Source: Eremomyces bilateralis CBS 781.70
Lineage: Eukaryota
Direction: 5' to 3' (one strand)
NCBI GenBank assembly: GCA_010015585.1
Contig: ML975179.1
Length of the DNA: 44,259 nucleotides
Every line of letters begins with the position of its first letter. Within the stretch, counting starts at the first letter, position 1. Both the position numbers and the translations under genes were made by a program. Below, in pieces: positions 1-12,026 of this stretch. The notes below the pieces were generated by a model that searched no databases, was not told where the DNA came from, and saw only the letters and a list, made by a program, of their open reading frames with translations.

Positions 1-1
1 C

Positions 2-1807
2 CGCGGCATGCAAGGCATGCAAGTCGTCGCGACCCGCCCCATCGACGTGGGTGAGGAGATCACCGTGACCTACGGCGAGGACTACTTCGGCGACGACAAC
101 TATGAGTGCCTCTGCGCGACCTGCGAGCGGCTGTGGCGCAACGGCTGGGCGCCGGCCGACCGGGTGCTGCGGGAATCGGTACACGCGTCCGTGGCGGCGG
201 CGACGGAGGAGGTGGAGATGGCGCAGCCGTATTCATTTCGGAACAAGCGGAAGTTCGTGGACGAGTCGGCGCAGGTGTCGAGGTCGGCGACGCCGGATGT
301 GTTGGGGAAGAGGCGGCGGCTGGCGGTGGGAGGAGCGCCGGCGGGTTCGCCGCCGGCAACGCCGAGGGGACGACGGACATTGCGCGTGCCAGAGATGAAA
401 AAAAAAAGGAGTGGCTCGAATCTTGGGACAGAGGTGGTGGCGGAGAATGTGGGGGATCCGATCACATCAACGGAAAAAGAACCCTGGACCCCGAAAGCGC
501 TGAAGACGTCCGCGAGCATTCCTTCTACCCCAAAGTCGTCCAAGTCGTCTTCGGCTCGGGAGGAGCTAAAGCAGGCATATGCGAGGGCCCTTGCAAGGCG
601 ACTAGGCCAGACTCAGAAAGATATCGCACAGCCCGACATCCCAGAGCAAACAACGGATGCAGACGAAATCAGGGACATATCGATTACCAAATCATCGTTA
701 CGGAGCAGCAGTAGAGCCGAAACTAGCTCACCTTCGACGAAGACCAGGCGAGTTGACACGCCCGACATCCCGATCACCCCGGCTGCACTACGAAAGTTGG
801 ATAGAGTGGCGGCCGAGAAAGCGGACACGACGGAGGCGGTTCAAGAGCGGGACATCTCGATTACGCGATCCTCCTTGCGCAACAGTAGTCAGGCGATGAT
901 ATCGAACGTGCCTTCGCCGGATTCCGATGCGTCGACGCCAGTATCATCCACGGAGTCCTCAATGGGATCGTCCCATAACTCCCAAGCGACCGAGGCGACA
1001 TCCATTGGCGACCTGCCACTACCCGATCCCGGGATTGAGGTCAAATCCGAGCAGGTCGAGACATCGACGAAGTCGATCGAGGAGAACCGCGAAGAACCCC
1101 TCCCCACCCCGAATCGGCTTCAATTATCCCTGAAACCGTCCATCAGTTCCCTTAGCGAGCTATCTGACCTCTCCGAAACCTGCGATATCGACCACGACAC
1201 CCTCGAGGCCGTCCGCCATCCCGTTCTCTCCGCTTCCTCCCTGAAACGCGGCCGCGGGCGACCCCCCAACTCCCAACGCACGCAGCCCCGCTCCCACCTC
1301 GCCTCCGCAACCCGCGCATCTGACTCCCCCATCCCCACCACTGAACCCCACCCTCCCCCCTCCCCCACCGGCTCCACAGCCAGCCAAACCGATAACGGCC
1401 CACACCGCACCCCCGGTGACTACTCCCAAACCGCCCTTCTCCTCAGCACGCCCTTTAGCCGCTGGGTGACCTGCCAAACCTGCGCTTCCCCCTTCCTCCA
1501 ACACGACGCGTACTTGACGCGGGCCGGCTGTCCGCGGTGCGAGCGGCACAGCATGCTGTACGGGTACGCGTGGCCGAAGACGGAGAAAGAGGGGCGGTGG
1601 GATAGAGAGGAGCGGGTGCGGGATCATCGGGAGGTGCATCGGTTTGTGGACCCGAAGGAGGAGCGGGGGATACGGAAGGGGAGGAGGTGGAAGTTGGAGG
1701 ATAGTAGGGAGGTGGAGGAGGAGGAAGAGGAAGAGGAAGAGGGGGTGGAGGTGGAGGGGAAAGTGGAGGGGAAGAGGGGAAGTCTGAGAAGGAAGACGAG
1801 GGCGTGA
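2..1807 (+). CDS. SET9: Histone H4K20 methyltransferase Set9, 3' part (5' end outside window)
   Basis: The ORF opens with the end of a SET domain and post-SET cysteines (VVATRPIDVGEEITVTYGEDYFGDDNYECLCATCE). A long low-complexity region follows, then an AT-hook-like KRGRGRPP and a C-terminal CxxC...CPRCERH motif typical of Pezizomycotina Set9. Confidence 0.85.
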   Translation, partial: RGMQGMQVVATRPIDVGEEITVTYGEDYFGDDNYECLCATCERLWRNGWAPADRVLRESVHASVAAATEEVEMAQPYSFRNKRKFVDESAQVSRSATPDVLGKRRRLAVGGAPAGSPPATPRGRRTLRVPEMKKKRSGSNLGTEVVAENVGDPITSTEKEPWTPKALKTSASIPSTPKSSKSSSAREELKQAYARALARRLGQTQKDIAQPDIPEQTTDADEIRDISITKSSLRSSSRAETSSPSTKTRRVDTPDIPITPAALRKLDRVAAEKADTTEAVQERDISITRSSLRNSSQAMISNVPSPDSDASTPVSSTESSMGSSHNSQATEATSIGDLPLPDPGIEVKSEQVETSTKSIEENREEPLPTPNRLQLSLKPSISSLSELSDLSETCDIDHDTLEAVRHPVLSASSLKRGRGRPPNSQRTQPRSHLASATRASDSPIPTTEPHPPPSPTGSTASQTDNGPHRTPGDYSQTALLLSTPFSRWVTCQTCASPFLQHDAYLTRAGCPRCERHSMLYGYAWPKTEKEGRWDREERVRDHREVHRFVDPKEERGIRKGRRWKLEDSREVEEEEEEEEEGVEVEGKVEGKRGSLRRKTRA

Positions 1808-2226
1808 GAGAGGTAATGATTATGATAGGGGATTACATGGCAACGGGATAGGGACTCGGGGGCAGGAAAACTGGCGATGGCAATAAGCATCCCATACATA
1901 ATCAAGATAGTTGTTCCGTTCGCAGTGCATTTCCTGCCAAGGGAAAGGTTGCATTCAGAGACTCGGGGTTCCCCGATTCATTATTTGCATAACATACATT
2001 AATGGCGTCTACCCTCCCATGGGTATACTGCGAATGTATGATTGGATAGCTAGCCATAATAGCATCGTTCGCATCTATCGACCATCCACGATCGTTTTCG
2101 TGCGGTGTATTTGCGCCGGTCATTAACGTTTTTCTGACCGAAGCCGGAGCCAGTCATCGCCAGCCTTGTACGCAGGCGCTCTTCTTCATGGGAACGGGGC
2201 TGAAACGGTGTCGTCGGTCTGTATCA

Positions 2227-3523
2227 TTAGAAATCAATATCGATGCCCATCATGTGGCTTCGAACAATTAGCCATATGAATCTTTCCCGTCGCAATTCGC
2301 CGACTCACCTCTCAATCAACCTCATAACCTTGGTCACGAACGCCTCTAGATGGAAGATTTGTTTCTATTCGCCCGAATCAGTTAGAATCCACGCTCCACG
2401 CATCGCCAAAAGGAGAACTTACGCTTCCCATCTTCACCCGGTGCTCGTAGAACGCCGCCCACTTGATCACCTCGGGTCGCAGCTCTGGCGCCACCTTCGG
2501 AATCAGCCGGAAGGCGAGCGACTTGATGACTTGCGTCGCTGGGATGCAGTGCACAAGGAGGTCGTAGAGCTTCCCGCGCACCACCATGATCTGCTGGGGG
2601 GATCGTTCCGCGACGATGTCGGCTGCGATTTGCTCGATGAACGCTTCCCAGTCGGGGGGAGGGATCGGTGTGGTGTCGGTGACAGTCTCACTGCCGATCA
2701 TGTTAGCACCTTGCCGGAAGCCGCAATCGAATGCAACACATATGGAACAATAGGAGAGAAATCCATACTTCTGTGCATACACCGCCTCAAACATCAACAG
2801 CGCTCTACGCAAATTCCTCCCACACTCCCCCGCAATCCGCTCATTCAGCCCTCCACTCTCCTTCCACCCCTCCTTCCTCCCCACCTCCTTCAACACCCCC
2901 ACGACGTCCTCCCCCGTCGGTGCCGCCACCCTAACCAACAAACACCTCGACCGAATCGGCGCAATGATATTCGCCGTACTATTCGCAACCAGAATCATCC
3001 TCACGTTCCCCGAATATTTCTCCATCGTGCGCCGCAGCGCCGCCTGCGCCTCGCGACTCAGATATTCCGCCTCATTGACCACGACGACCTTGAACCGGTG
3101 GCGCGCGCTCAGGTCGACCGACTGCGTCTGCGCGACCTCCTTCAGAAGATCCTGTACGATGACGCGGTCGTGGGGGCCGACGTCGGCTGGGGTTATTTCC
3201 AGGTGCTGGTTGGAGGAGGCAATGGTGAAGTCGAGCTTGCGGTTGGAGGAGGTGACGAACTGGCGGGAGTCGATGCGGATCTTGCTGACCGAGGGGCCGT
3301 AGAGGGCGCGGAGGGTGCAGTTGATGCGGGTCTTTTTGCCGGCGCCAGAGGGGCCGTAGATGAGGAGGTGGGGGAAGTCGGGGGATTGGGCCTGTCGGGG
3401 TTAGGATAGGCTGTGATGGGATAGGGAGAGATATACCAGTGCTTCTAGCCGTTTGGTGAGGTCATAGTGGTAGGTGAGCTGTGTAAGGTCTTTAGGACGG
3501 TGTTTGTCGACTAGGAGGGACAT
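2227..3523 (-). CDS. RFC5: Replication factor C small subunit (yeast Rfc5 / human RFC3 type), 5 exons
   Basis: The spliced reading is MSLLVDKHRPKDL...AQSPDFPHLLIYGPSGAGKKT (Walker A), then NEAEYLSREAQAALRRTMEKYS, IAPIRSRC and KQIFHLEAFV, ending HMMGIDIDF*. Introns read by eye: 3436-3392, 2768-2691, 2422-2365, 2308-2258. TAA at 2229-2227. Confidence 0.93.
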
Positions 3524-3667
3524 TGTGTGGTATCTGGATGGTTTAACTCGGGGGTATATATCTTTGTTAAGAAAAATTAAATGGGCCTTCTGGTGTGGAG
3601 TGTGGTGTTCAATATGTCAAATTGTCAAATTGTCAATATCAGATTTTAGAGATGGAGTCTTGAGAAG

Positions 3668-3709
3668 ACGCGATGAGGCGCGTCGCGCCAAAATGTGATC
3701 AGCCACGCG
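3668..3709. promoter_or_regulatory. Cluster of three MCB-like (ACGCG) cell-cycle boxes upstream of RFC5
   Basis: ACGCG at 3668 and 3705, and CGCGT at 3679 inside the palindrome GGCGCG-T-CGCGCC, 145-185 bp upstream of the RFC5 ATG. MBF-bound MCB elements are established in fungal DNA-replication gene promoters. Confidence 0.55.
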
Positions 3710-5205
3710 ACACCCCTGTCGCAATTCCGCTTCAACCTCATCGCCAGTTTCGAGATTTCGAACTCTCAAGTCTCGAATTTCGAGTTTCCTCTGCCCCAAA
3801 TCAGCCGTCTTCATCTACATTCTTTATATCTATCTATTATTCTAGTTTCTTTTGGTTCATCGCTGACACCCTCCATCATGACATCTTCCTCTCCAGCATC
3901 CCCTACCCGTATTGTACATTGCCATTCTCTCGCAAGATCATGCCTTTGAGAACAGGAGGTGAGAACATATATAAATTGGAGGGACCCCTCTGGAAATATC
4001 TGAATTCATTAGAAACAACCCAGATTCTACTCACAATAGCATATGGGTCTCGAAACACATCCTCTGATTCCCATCGGCATTCTTGTCATAGCTGCGCTTA
4101 GTTTCAATCGATACAACTCCGACTTCCTAGCCCTGCTGAAACTAGAATTTGGATCTTTTCGTCTAATCTTATTCGGCTTCAGGATGGTTCTCATTCACCG
4201 GCAAAAGACACTGAGTACCGCGTAGATGGGGTGGGAAGCATCATCCGGACCTTTGTCGGGCTCCCTGGCTGCAGGCACTGGCTGCCAGAGAAATCGTGCC
4301 GCTCATTTCATCCCTAGCTATTATTGTAGCGAGCCAGCACGGTAATGCCTCGCAGGGCCTTTCTAAGATGCCAAGTCTTGGTTTCAATTGGAGGTGCTGC
4401 AAAGACGTTCTACTAGAATTGCTTGTGAATTTGGAAGTAGCGGAATACTTTTGCCCAGTCTACGCTCTCTCACATCAGTCCGAAGGCAGCCGCCCCTGTA
4501 GCCGCTCTGTTCACCACTCTTGCAACAGTTGCATGATTGAGACCAAGTATCTTCAACCAATCGACTTGGTTCAGTATGCGGTTTACAACTTCCAGACGTT
4601 GTTCCGTAGGGTCTGACCACCACACCATAGCATAGTAGGAGCAAGGTGAGGTAGGAGTACATAGAGTATGACAACCTGAAGTCACCAATCCAGAATTGGA
4701 TTTAACCAGTTTTCAAACTTGAGATTTCCCATGAGTGAACTTGCCAGATGCAGTGATTGAACAATAGAGCAACCATTCCATCCTCCACTCTCTGGATAAA
4801 CCCCGAGACGCACGCGTTGATATTGCTAACCATGGCTGTAGGGACTGATATCCCTCCTCACAAACTGGAGCTTGAATATGAAAAGGTCGCCATACACAAC
4901 TAATCAGTGTATAAGGTAACTACCTCATCCAATTATTCGACATGTTGAGCTATAAAAAAATGAGCTTCCAAGTGCGGATCTCCCATTATTTCGAAAGTGA
5001 CATGCGGTCATTCCCTTGCCTATCCCTCCTATCATACAGTCATTAATATTCTTCGCCAATACCGATATCGGTATGCGAGTAAATCCTTTCCAATCATTCG
5101 ACGCCAACACCACCAATCGCCAACCGAGCCCCATTTCCATCAGAGTAAATTGGCCTGGAGATCAGACCCAAAGCACTCTCGGCCATTCCCAGCAACTGCG
5201 TCAAG

Positions 5206-5880
5206 CTACAGCTCTTCCACTATACCTGTCTTGATTCTTCCATCGCTGCCTCCGTCCCTATACACACTGACCAGCCCTTCATCCGCATTCCCACTCTCCC
5301 GCAAGAAACTCGGCCTCCCTGATCTTGAACTCCCCGGCATCGACCCAGTCCCTTCCGGCGTCCATCCCCCAAACCCCGATCCCGCTATTGCATCTCCTCC
5401 CATGCTCCCCTGGGTGCCCAAGCTAGCCATGCCGTTCCCAACCGCACTTCCAACACCATTCGTACTCCCCGAACCCGAACTCGGCGACGGCGGCAAGTTC
5501 GCACCGCCACCAACCGTCACCCACCCTTTCGGCGTCACCACAACTTGCACGCTCGGTTTATCACACACTGTTCCATCCGTCGTGCACCCCTTGAACCCGT
5601 TCGCGCAGGTATGCCAGTGGCCGATCTCGACGCCGGTGGGCACGGTGCCGATGTTGCTGGCGCAGTCGTTGGAGAAGCGGAGGGCGGTGGTCGCGCAGAT
5701 GGAGAAGGAGGAGGATGGGGGGAGACACCCGGCGAAGCCGGAGGGGCAGACGGTGGCGCGGTAGTAGTGCGTGCGAGGGGGGCAGAGAGGGGTGAGATCG
5801 AGGGGCGGGGATTGGGGAAGGGGAGAGGTGGAGGCGAGGGGGAGGGAGGTGATGAGGAGTTGGAGAAGAGGGACGCGCAT
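5206..5880 (-). CDS. Small putatively secreted Cys-rich protein with Gly/Ser-rich tail
   Basis: Hydrophobic N-terminus (MRVPLLQLLITSLPLASTSP) and 8 Cys arranged as two C...C-x(2-3)-GF-x-GC...C modules (CPSGFAGC and CANGFKGC). Confidence 0.65.
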   Translation of the reverse strand: MRVPLLQLLITSLPLASTSPLPQSPPLDLTPLCPPRTHYYRATVCPSGFAGCLPPSSSFSICATTALRFSNDCASNIGTVPTGVEIGHWHTCANGFKGCTTDGTVCDKPSVQVVVTPKGWVTVGGGANLPPSPSSGSGSTNGVGSAVGNGMASLGTQGSMGGDAIAGSGFGGWTPEGTGSMPGSSRSGRPSFLRESGNADEGLVSVYRDGGSDGRIKTGIVEEL

Positions 5881-6851
5881 TGTAGATTGAAATTGAATTG
5901 CAAGAGTTTCTCTGGGAAATGACTGATTTGGGAGAATTCGCGATAGATACGACTTTGCGGACTAGCTTCGAAGGACTTCGGATGTTGAATCGTGTTGGAT
6001 GATGACTCTGTTGGGTTGAATCGGGTGCTGAATAGACATATTTGAAGGCATTAATATCGCTATAGAACTGATTACGAAGGGACGCTGATGCACAGAATGT
6101 TCATGAAGAAGATAAAGAGAGAAAGAAGGGCCAAGGGAACTTGGACATTTGAGGATCTCAGACACTAACAACGGTCTCATCGGTGATCGGCAGCATCGCG
6201 CGCTCGTATTCATATCCGTTGTCTCCTGGTTAGCGTGCATGGGACGGGGCATAACCGCATAAGGGGCCATTTATGCAAGGTCCAGTGCTAAACTTAGTGC
6301 ATTCACTGGGACGCTGAGTAAAAGTTTGTCCAAACGGCATACGCATCCTACGGGGGACAACAGAGAACCTGCATGAAATTTAAAAACAGGGATATGGACT
6401 GGTTCAGGTTTTGAAGGTCTAGATGCTTGGCTTATAATCTATGGAGGTGGAGCCGCAAGTCGCTGTAAAAGGTGGAATTTGAGGACTGCGAATGTGCGAA
6501 TGTGGTGTTTACCCCGGAATGTGGAAGATCGGCAATTGCAGGGGTCAGTTGGTGGTGATTGGCAATCTCACGATGAAAATAGCAGTATTCAGTGAACAAT
6601 ATCAGTGAATAATAATAACAGGATTTGACTGCCAACAATGGGTTTGGACTCATCAGCTCAAGCATTCAGGAGTCAGGCAATCTTAGCGTACCACGTTTTG
6701 CAGCCTACTGGCCAATTCCTTCCTGGATATTGCTTTGATTCACATTTATCGTTAAAAATCCCAATTTAAGACAACCCATTGCATGCTCTGCCATATTATG
6801 GGCGACGAGAAGCAAGACCAAACTATCATATTGATTTCATAATACTCAAAC

Positions 6852-8484
6852 TCAAAGAAGTTTCGCTTGGCCGCCGTACTTTGCCTGCCATGCGCTGAAA
6901 TAAAGGATGGCAGCAAGCGGCTGCCCGATCAAACAGAACGATATCCAAAAGATCACGTTTCCTGCCACCTTGGGGGCCCGACCTTCCATCTTCTGCAGAG
7001 GGTCGGTGAGGAGGATCAGCGGAATCTGCCCCATCATTCCAAAGAACGCCACTCCTGTAGGATTGTCTATTAGTAAACAAGCTCCAACTTCAAGGCGAGA
7101 AAGGTCTGCTGGACTTACCGATGATGTTGTGCGTTGGAATCCCCACCAGTAGCTCATGTAAAATCCCTGAAAAGATAAACACCAGCAACTGGGCGACGGA
7201 CGGTGGTACTCCCCGCCCCACCAAAGGCGAGTAGATATGTCTCTTCATGAATTGATACACTGGCTTATTCCAACTCGTCCAATACGTACGGATACTCGTC
7301 ACATTCCACCAATCCGAGTAGAACTCCCGATCCCCAAACCGCATCACCTCCGCCAGCGCGTTTAGCGCCGACTGAAACCCTGCGTAGAACCCCGCGAGCC
7401 AGCAGAACAGCGAGATGGTCGACAGCTTCATGACCCGCTCGAAGATCGAGATGATGTCGAGCGTGAACACTTTCTCCAGTGAGTTCTTGAGCAGCGGCGC
7501 CGCGTACTGCGCGGACGCGAACCAGATCACGATGACCAGCCCGAGTGCCTCGGCGACCCGCTTCGCGACGAAGAGCCAGCGGATGTGCGTCGTGCGGGGA
7601 TACACGGGCTGGTATACGAGGGTGGGCGCCCACCAGAAATATGTCAGGTTCTGCAGCGTGATATTATTCGGATAGGTGGAGTCGCGGTAGAGCTCAGGGA
7701 TGGAGTCTGGCGGGGCGGTAGTGAGCATGGCGTGGCGGAGGTCGCGGTTGGTGAAGGCGTAGGAACAGGCCTTCAGCCAGACGATGATGGCATGCAGTTC
7801 GCAGAGCATGCCGATACCCGGGGAGTGGATGCGGTAGTAGACGATGGTGGATGTGACGACGAGGTTCAGGGTTGCGTTGATCCCGTGTGCCCAGGCGATA
7901 TAGTACCAGGTCCATCGGAAGCGGCGACGGATTTGTTCCGCTTGTTTGGTTCCCCCATTGCCGTTTGATTTTCGCTTGAGAACCCCAAGCGCGTTCTGCG
8001 CTGCGACCAGCTCGATTAGGAGGGCGATGAACAGGTGGATTGGGACGGAGAGCCAGAGGATGAGGCCATAGGAGATGTCTTGCCGCCGGTATTCGCTGCA
8101 GGTTAAACAAACGAGGACGCCGTACTTCCGGAAGTTTTCGAGGATAAGACGGAGATTGGAGACAACTGTCATCGGATTCCATGTTAACACAAGGCCCTGT
8201 TATTCAAGGTTTGTTAGATACGTACTGAGCATTAGAACCATCAGGTTCCGGAACCCGAAAAAGTTCGGCGGGTTCTCCGCGCCCGGGCTTAAGCACGAGG
8301 TCCTACTCGACGCATGAACCGGGAAGACATGCTTATATCGTTGGGTCCTTCGATTAATGGACTTCTTCCCAGCTTCATTTACTGTTCCATTGGGACTTTT
8401 TGCTCGTCGGTGGATGATGTTGCTCCCTGAGGCCGAGTCCATGTCTGTGGAATACGCCGTGCTCGTTCCCGTGACGGTAGCCAT
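6852..8484 (-). CDS. MBOAT acyltransferase, DGAT1/sterol O-acyltransferase family, 3 exons
   Basis: Motifs GFRNL, APTLVYQPVYPR, FGDREFYSDWWN, WNKPVYQFMKRHIY and catalytic SGILHE. Introns 8225-8166 and 7118-7055. Confidence 0.9.
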
Positions 8485-9167
8485 GGCGGCTCAGGATGGA
8501 TTGTGATACACGGAAATATCTTGTGTCATTGAGACACGGAATAGATAGGAGGGACGGAGAGGAATATAGTCGTAGATCTCTGCATTTGCCGTCAGCGATC
8601 GCTCGTTGAATTCCATTCCCTCATGAGAGTCTAGATGGGGAAGCTCATCGGTGACGTACCTCTAGTGCATTCGCGAACGCGTCAACTATTCGGTGGAAGA
8701 AGGGGTAGAAGTCTCGGAATATGACAATCGTTCATGCTCGCGAGTAACACTACCGCGAATATATCTAAATGATATGCCAAATATTGGGGAGGGACTTATC
8801 GGAAGAGAATCTCAGGTGGGGATATCCTGAGGGGCGACGAGTTTGTTGAGAACCTCGCCCCGCAGCTATCCTGGGTGGTTGCTAGGGACTCCTGCGGATT
8901 GTAGATACTACCTAATTAATACAATCATTGGCTCGGTGGTTGGGATGACAAAATGTTGATGGGATACTGAATGGAATATTGGATAAAGTACTGCCTAATT
9001 CAGACATAGTAATAACATTTCTCTCTCGATCTAAATGGAACCGTACCCGCCCATGTTGCTAAATGCTGCAAGACTCCCTCAACTAGGTATTAGAACCCCT
9101 CTATTTTGTCACCGGCAAGACGTACTACTTCTCTTTGGTTCGCATCAACGCTCTTCAACCACCATCA

Positions 9168-11002
9168 TTACCTTATCCGGATCTGAGGCAACTTGACATT
9201 CCGAAGGTCGCCACGAGTAAGAACACCAGCGGCAACGGCGATGACGCCGAGAACTCCCGCAGCAAGCTGCAAATTGCTGACCTGGGTCTCCTCCACCACT
9301 CTCCCCAGCTTGGTCTGACCCTTTCTTCGCACCTCGTCGGAAGCGGTGCCTTCAAGGATGTAATCCTGCCAGTTCACACTGCTCAGGAACTTCTGATACT
9401 GAACCACCGTCAGACCCCAATTGTTGGTGATCTTCCCGTCCTCGTTCTTATACCAGCTCGTGCATCGCTCATCGGCGAAGGACGTCTTGGCTAGGATCTC
9501 TTGCAGCCAGTCGTTGTATTTAGCGACGACGGTTGGATTCGGCCGGATCGAGAGAGATTTGCCCTCGCGCTTGGATTTTAATACCTCGCCGATCAGGGCG
9601 TTGATATATCGGCTTTGCGCCTCGATCATCAGGATGATGCTGTTGTGTCCGAGGTTACTGTTCGGCCCGTAAAGCATGCCGAAGTTGGGGAGGTCTTCTA
9701 CGGTCACGCTGTAGTATGCCTGCGCGCCTGACCTCCAGATATCGGAGATATCACGGTCATGGATGCCCTTGACCTTGATGGGATACATAAACTCCACCGT
9801 CCGGAACCCTGTCGCATGCACAATGAGGTCGAACTCCTCGAGGACGTCGCCTTCCACTTCGATTCCAGTCTCGGTAATTTTCTGGATCTTTCGCGTTTCC
9901 ACCGACACGTTCGGTCGCGCAAGGGCCGGATATAAATCATCCGAGATGATGACCCGCTTGCATCCAGGCGGGTAGTTTGGCGTCAACGTCTCCCGCATCT
10001 CCTTGTCATCCGGGAAAGTCTGCTGCAAGAGATCGAAGCTCTGGTCTCGGAGGAGGTTGGCGAAGTCGGAGTCGCCGTTGGTGACGGCATCGTAAAATGA
10101 CTCGCGGAAATCCATCATGTTGGCGCGTACTCTTGATTGCACAAACGGGACATATTTGAAGATTGCGCGCCGCGTCGCTGAGACGGGCCCGTCGAGGCGC
10201 GGGATCACCCAGTTCGCTTGTCGCTGGTACATGGTGACATGCGATGCGACCTTGACAATTTCGGGTATGATTTGAGCAGCAGTGGCGCCTATAGCCGTGT
10301 CAGATGACGGTCAATAATGGATCTCGTTCAGCATACCATTGCCGATGACGGCTATTCTCTTCCCCTCCAATGGGTAGCTCCAGTCCCAACGGGCCGAGTG
10401 CATCGACTTTCCCTTGAAGTCATCCAGCCCTTCAATGTCAGGATAGCGTGGGACGTTCAATTGGCCGACACCAGAAACCAGGAAATTAGATGTGATGGTA
10501 TACCCATCTGAGAACTCGCGATCCTTGTCTCCTGACACGTTGACTCTAGTCTTCCAGTTCTTCTTATCATCGTCCCATTCTGCTTGTTCGACGCTGGTGT
10601 TGAAGCGGATATGTTGGAATAGGCCGTACTCGTTTGCGACCCTGTGGAGATAATCCAGAATCTCTTCTTGGCCGGGATACAGCCTGGACCAATCTGAATT
10701 CTGCGCAAAGCTGTACGAGTAGAGTAGGCTCGTTACTATCTCGAATCAGCACAGAGCAATGGTAGGTGAGAGTCAACATTCTTACCGTCGCAGCAGCAAC
10801 CTGGATACTTGTTATCGTGCCAGGTCCCACCAACCCCCGAGCTTTTCTCCACAATGATGAAGTTCCGACAGTTGTGTTGTTTGATAAGATCAATGGCTGT
10901 GCACATGCCAGAGATGCCGGCGCCAACAATGACCACCGCTGCTTGGGTGTAGTCCTTGTTGGTGACAGGCACCTGCGGCCACGGCTTGTCGTGATGTGAC
11001 AT
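9168..11002 (-). CDS. Flavin-dependent (Baeyer-Villiger-type) monooxygenase, 3 exons
   Basis: GAGISG Rossmann motif, GGTWHDNKYPGCCCD, BVMO fingerprint FKGKSMHSARWD, second Rossmann GNGATAAQ, and ATGF. Introns 10785-10736 and 10336-10289. The exact 3' end is slightly uncertain. Confidence 0.9.
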
Positions 11003-12026
11003 TGCGACGCTGGGTGAGAAGGAAGTATTGATACAAGGGCACTGGAGAACAATGCAGTAACAAGCAGCTTAAACAATGGCAGAAAGGGGATATATAGGAA
11101 GACGAGTGGTACTGTATAACACGAAGGACGACACTTAGGGGAAAGGGAAAGACTCAAACCACGGAAGAAGAATAAATATTATTCCTAGAGAGCATTGGCT
11201 ACCCTTATCCATAGTATATCATGACGCAGCATAGTCGATTCGACCATTTGCGCGGCAATTCCTAGACCATCATTACCGCTCACTACGCTTCGGATCCAGA
11301 GCGTGTCGATCGTAAAGACCTCGGGCACCAAATGCGGAGAGGATACCCCTCCCGAGCCACATTTGCAGGCCGGCCATCGTGGAACTGTTCTTCCGCAGCT
11401 GGCGATCGCCCTTTGGACCGGGATTGATCGTATGACTATCGACACCACGATAGGATTTCCGGAGTTTGTCCGGTGAGATTGGCGGATGCGTAATTGTATA
11501 TCAACGTTGCGTAAAGCTGACAACCAGACACTCTCCACAACTATCGTTCCTCGCCCGCTGACATGGAGCAGAAGTTGGGGAAACCCCACCCTGACGGAAC
11601 GCCGTGTAGGGGTATGGGCTATGCGGCTCTGCCCATTGCTACTGTATCTGCTAGGTTCGGTATATTTGTAAATAGGTAGCACCGAGCACTCCAGTCTTCT
11701 ATTTATGTCAAGCCTGAGGAACTTTGTATTCTCTCCTAGTAAGGAGTTCGTCCGGGTATAAATAATATTTCCGTGCCTTACCATACCTTAATGTCCCTCT
11801 GCTGATTGATTCAACCCGGCATCCCCAACGATTAGTCCACCGGCACGGTGCTTAAGAATCATGGAACCATCACTCCATCAGAGTAACGGCATTCTCAACC
11901 TATTCATGGAATACATTAAAATAGGAAGGCGTCACCAATCCTGCTAGCTAACTACCGAACACAGACTTTGTCCATCCACTCCATAAGTTATGCTTTCAAA
12001 TCAACCACAGACTGTACAGCTGAACC

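Noticed and set aside
2243..3409. 388-aa plus-strand ORF
   Set aside because: Antisense shadow of RFC5; no recognisable motifs.
3748..3790. Heat-shock element
   Set aside because: TTC/GAA units lack the canonical alternating nGAAn 5-bp phasing.
4296..4688. Short overlapping ORFs, one Cys-containing with a hydrophobic start
   Set aside because: No recognisable family or convincing splice structure; cannot be supported without expression data.
4997..5764. 255-aa Pro-rich plus-strand ORF
   Set aside because: Antisense to the better-supported secreted Cys-rich gene; explained by compositional skew.
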